Shown here: positions 60,926-64,000 of the stretch, piece by piece
Numbering within the stretch: position 1 is the first letter of the stretch
Layout of the letters: every line of letters starts with the position of its first letter
Origin: Antechinus flavipes
Taxonomy: Eukaryota
Assembly (NCBI RefSeq): GCF_016432865.1
Contig: NC_067399.1
Coordinates: 621,984,001-622,048,000 of the forward strand
DNA length: 64,000 bases
Direction: 5' to 3'
Notes under the pieces: model-generated
Database searches by the model: none
What the model was told of the DNA's origin: nothing
The model's input: only the letters and a program-made list of their open reading frames with translations
Translations under genes and position numbers: made by a program

Positions 60926-62658
60926 AAAAGATGTTTTCATACAACTCAAGTAATGACATAAACCTTGGACTTCTTGAAAAGCAGAGTGGGAAGAACTGGA
61001 AAAAGCAAAAAGATAAAGTTAAGAGGGTTGTTTTTATCAATCTCCCAGGAGAAAAAAAACAAAAGCCAGTCAGGAGGCAAATCTATCAAAAATGAAAGGG
61101 AGTGTGAAATAAGTCTTGATTTAAAGATAGTTAAGCAACTGAACCAATTCCCCAAATCTTATTTTAATGAGGAAAGAGAATTAATTCCTAATTATGTAAA
61201 AATGATTGTGTTAAAAAAAAACTTATAGGAAGCAAATAAAGAAATATTAGGGAAAAATGAAGGAACATAAACTGAGAAATATGGCATCTTACATTTTAGG
61301 TGTGGCAGAATTATCTAATAAAAGGGTTATTAACTTTTGTTCTTGTGTCTTGGGCCCCCCTTGGTAAAATGCAGCTGAAATATAGTTATCAAAGTGTTTT
61401 TTAAAAAAAGTTTCCAATTCCTAGATTAAGAAGTCTTGATAATATGTTAAGGAACTATATGGTAAGGATACTGGATTTGGACTCATAAGGTCTTGGTTCT
61501 GTCATTTATTATCTATGTTTCTCTGGATAAGTTATTTATTAACCTCTATGAGCCTTGGTCATCTCTCTTTAAATTCCATCTTTGAGTAGTTGGACTAGGT
61601 GACCATTATGATCCAATCCAGCTCATACTACAATTAAATTTAATATAATTGTAGTATTTTAGACTTGAAAAGGACAGTAATTATTCATCCCAGGCATTCT
61701 TGAAAAGTACTTGGTGAACCACTGTGATTCCACTGTATTCTGAAATACTACATGAAAAAAACTTTGCAATTTATAGATAAGCACACAAATCAGAGTGATT
61801 AGGATTTGCTCATTGGATTGTTTTCGCTATCTGTTAAATACTACTGAGATACCTGGGAAGAGTCTGTTCCCTAGCATTAGGTACCATCTTTTTATTTTTC
61901 TAATGTAAGAGATTCTTAACAGGGGTTCCTGAACTTGGATGAGAAGGGGGAAAAAATTACATCTTTATTTCAATGAAATTGTTTTCCTTGATATTCTTCT
62001 GCATTTTGTTTCATTATTATTTTGATCAGAGGTCCATGAGCTTAACGAGAATGCTACAGGGGTCTGTGACCAGAAAGTTTAGAACCTGTGCCCTAATGCT
62101 TATTGTAATTAAAAAGTTCTCCTGGGATAAAGGGCCAGGGCTGAGCTAATTGTGGACTCTTGGAACCAGTAGGGCTTTCAATGGCAGGACATCATTAGGA
62201 GCTGCAGTGGTATATTCACAAATGCTGCCTCTTGCTCCCTGCTGCTTCCTCTGGTCCTGAGCTTTTGCTGAGTGTATAAGGCAAAATGCAAGAGTCAGGG
62301 GAAGAGCTTCTATCACTTCTCCCCATGAGACTATTCGCAGCATCACATCTCAAGATCTAAAATTGGAAGTGAAAGTTGGAGGATCAGTCAGGAGCCTGAG
62401 GGTTCAGGGCAGCTCTCCCAGAGTCCTGTTTCATCTTGAGGTTTTTGTGCAATTTCTATTTCTTCTCTCTTACCTTACCTGGATTTCTCTTACAATCCCT
62501 ACCCTTGGCTGTTCCTCAGTTCTCATCCCTTCCTAGAAGTCCCACCTTTTTTAATCATGTCTGCCAGTTCCCCTTCCTCCTTTTACAGGATTCTTTATTT
62601 CAGTTAGTCATTTATTAAACCACTTACTGATAAGCAGCATTTATATAATGCTTTAAAG

Positions 62659-62859
62659 CAATGGTTCTCAAACTTTTGTTTTCAGTATCTTTATCCTATT
62701 AAAATTTATTGAGGATCTCTCCACAGCATTTTTGTTTATCTGGGTTATATTTATAGACATTTACCATATTGGAAATAAAACTATTTTTGAATTTGAAGAT
62801 CTTCTAAAAGGATTTCAGAGATCCCCAGGATTCTCTAGATCATACTTTGAGAATCACTG
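62659..62859. mobile_element. hAT/Charlie-like MITE family A (201 bp), inserted into a MIR-like SINE, inverted relative to the 44852 copy
   Basis: TIRs caatggttctcaaac / tttgagaatcactg. Host SINE sequence continues across the insertion (atgctttaaag | ctaaaatttgcaaaat...). Confidence 0.85.
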
Positions 62860-63539
62860 CTAAAATTTGCAAAATATTTTACATACATTATCTCACATTG
62901 ATCTTCACTATCACTCTGGGAGGTAAATGCTGTTATTATCCCCATCTTACAAATCAAGAAACTGAGGCTGGGTGATTAAATGATGTCAGGATTTGTACTC
63001 AAGTTTTCCTGATGTAAGGTCTAGCTAGCTATCCAACGTACCACCCGACTTCCATAAGGCCATGTGTCTGAGGCTGTACTAAATGCTGGAGATAAAAAGG
63101 CAAAAAATGACTTATTCCATTTTCTCATCTATCTGTCTCTTCCTACTAATAGCCATATATTTCTGATTTTCTGTGTCAATCCCTCCATAACAATTTTTTT
63201 GTCCTAATAAGGCCAGGAAGGTTAAATGTCCCTCAGGGTTCTCAGGCAACCTGTTCAGAGAACATCTATTTCTTTGCTACCTATTTGAACCCCCCACCTC
63301 CAGTCTCACTGATTATGTTCCCTCCATTTTGAAGGGGCAATGACTAGCACTAATTCCCTTTGACCACTTCATGTTAATTGGCTTTTCCAAAAAAAAATTG
63401 CTTTAGATATAGCAAGAACAAACAAGTAGACATTTTCCCTAATATTCTGGGAACCTAATCATCTCCCTACTATCTTGGTCTCTGCAGATCTCAAAATTTA
63501 GCTCAATCTAGGACCATGACTTAAACCCAAATTGTTCTT

Positions 63540-63848
63540 GGTGGCAGTGACTAACCAACAATAGGCCCTAGACCAAGCCCCTCTTGGTCACTGTTTGACC
63601 CCCGTTTGGCTCGGAAACAATAGCAATTGTTTCTATTTGGACCAGAAACAAGGTCTTCCATTGCAGCCAGGGCCATCTCCAGTCATCTTGATCTATATCT
63701 GACCACTGGACCGAGATGACTCTAGAGGAGAAAATGAGACTGGAGCCTTTGTACAGCTCTCCCTCACTTCAATGTAATTCACTTGCATGTCATAGCATCA
63801 CATTCCTGATGTCATAGTTCTCTTTGAGAAGGACAAATAACAACAATA
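63540..63848 (+). mobile_element. RTE-mobilised marsupial SINE (WALLSI/RTESINE type)
   Basis: ggccatctccagtcatcttgatctatatc...gatgtcatagttctctttgagaaggacaaataacaacaa. The tail resembles the RTE tail at 58080-58130. Confidence 0.6.
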
Positions 63849-64000
63849 GCACACTCACTATCTGGGCCCACTTACTTGGCTACTGACTTTGTGATGTTTA
63901 GTAAAATCTGGTAGAATCTCAAGCCACTTGAGATCAGGGACTGTTACATTTTTTTTTTTTTTTGTTGTTGTTTGTTTTTTGTGTCCCCATCACATAGCAT

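Noticed and set aside
62146-62346. Minus-strand ORF considered as a first exon for the GPR15L-like gene or a paralogue
   Set aside because: No signal peptide and no fitting donor. The true exon 1 at 52483-52552 matches much better. I saw no second PGALPQ-type exon in the window.
1-64000. tRNA-like A/B box sequences and any prokaryotic or CRISPR system
   Set aside because: The box motifs belong to tRNA-derived SINE heads rather than tRNA genes. The window is intron-rich mammalian DNA with no operons, rRNA or repeat-spacer arrays.

Overview
AT-rich, CpG-poor mammalian genomic DNA. The repeat content (WSINE1- and MAR1-type CORE-SINEs, RTE LINE, marsupial-type L1) points to a marsupial, probably a dasyurid such as the Tasmanian devil (inference; family names are from recalled consensus sequences). 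Two protein-coding genes lie on the minus strand. (1) CDHR1, the photoreceptor cadherin: coding exons 1-10 (30420 down to 565, 972 nt, 324 codons), all with GT-AG boundaries and consistent phases; the rest of the gene lies left of position 1. (2) A small three-exon gene that the ORF track never assembles (52552 down to 47498). It encodes a 78-aa secreted, very cationic, CC-motif peptide ending PGALPQI, the orthologue of C10orf99/GPR15LG in its expected position upstream of CDHR1. Its cysteine spacing and receptor-binding tail differ clearly from the human peptide as I recall it. The remainder is repeats and three assembly gaps. Notable repeat features are an RTE insertion with twin-priming inversion architecture, a Ty3/Gypsy integrase fossil, L1 copies with TSDs and short 3' extensions, and hAT MITEs. 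Several CRX/NRL/NeuroD motif clusters are candidate photoreceptor enhancers. No rRNA, tRNA, CRISPR or prokaryotic features were seen. Comparisons with human sequences are from memory and need checking by alignment.
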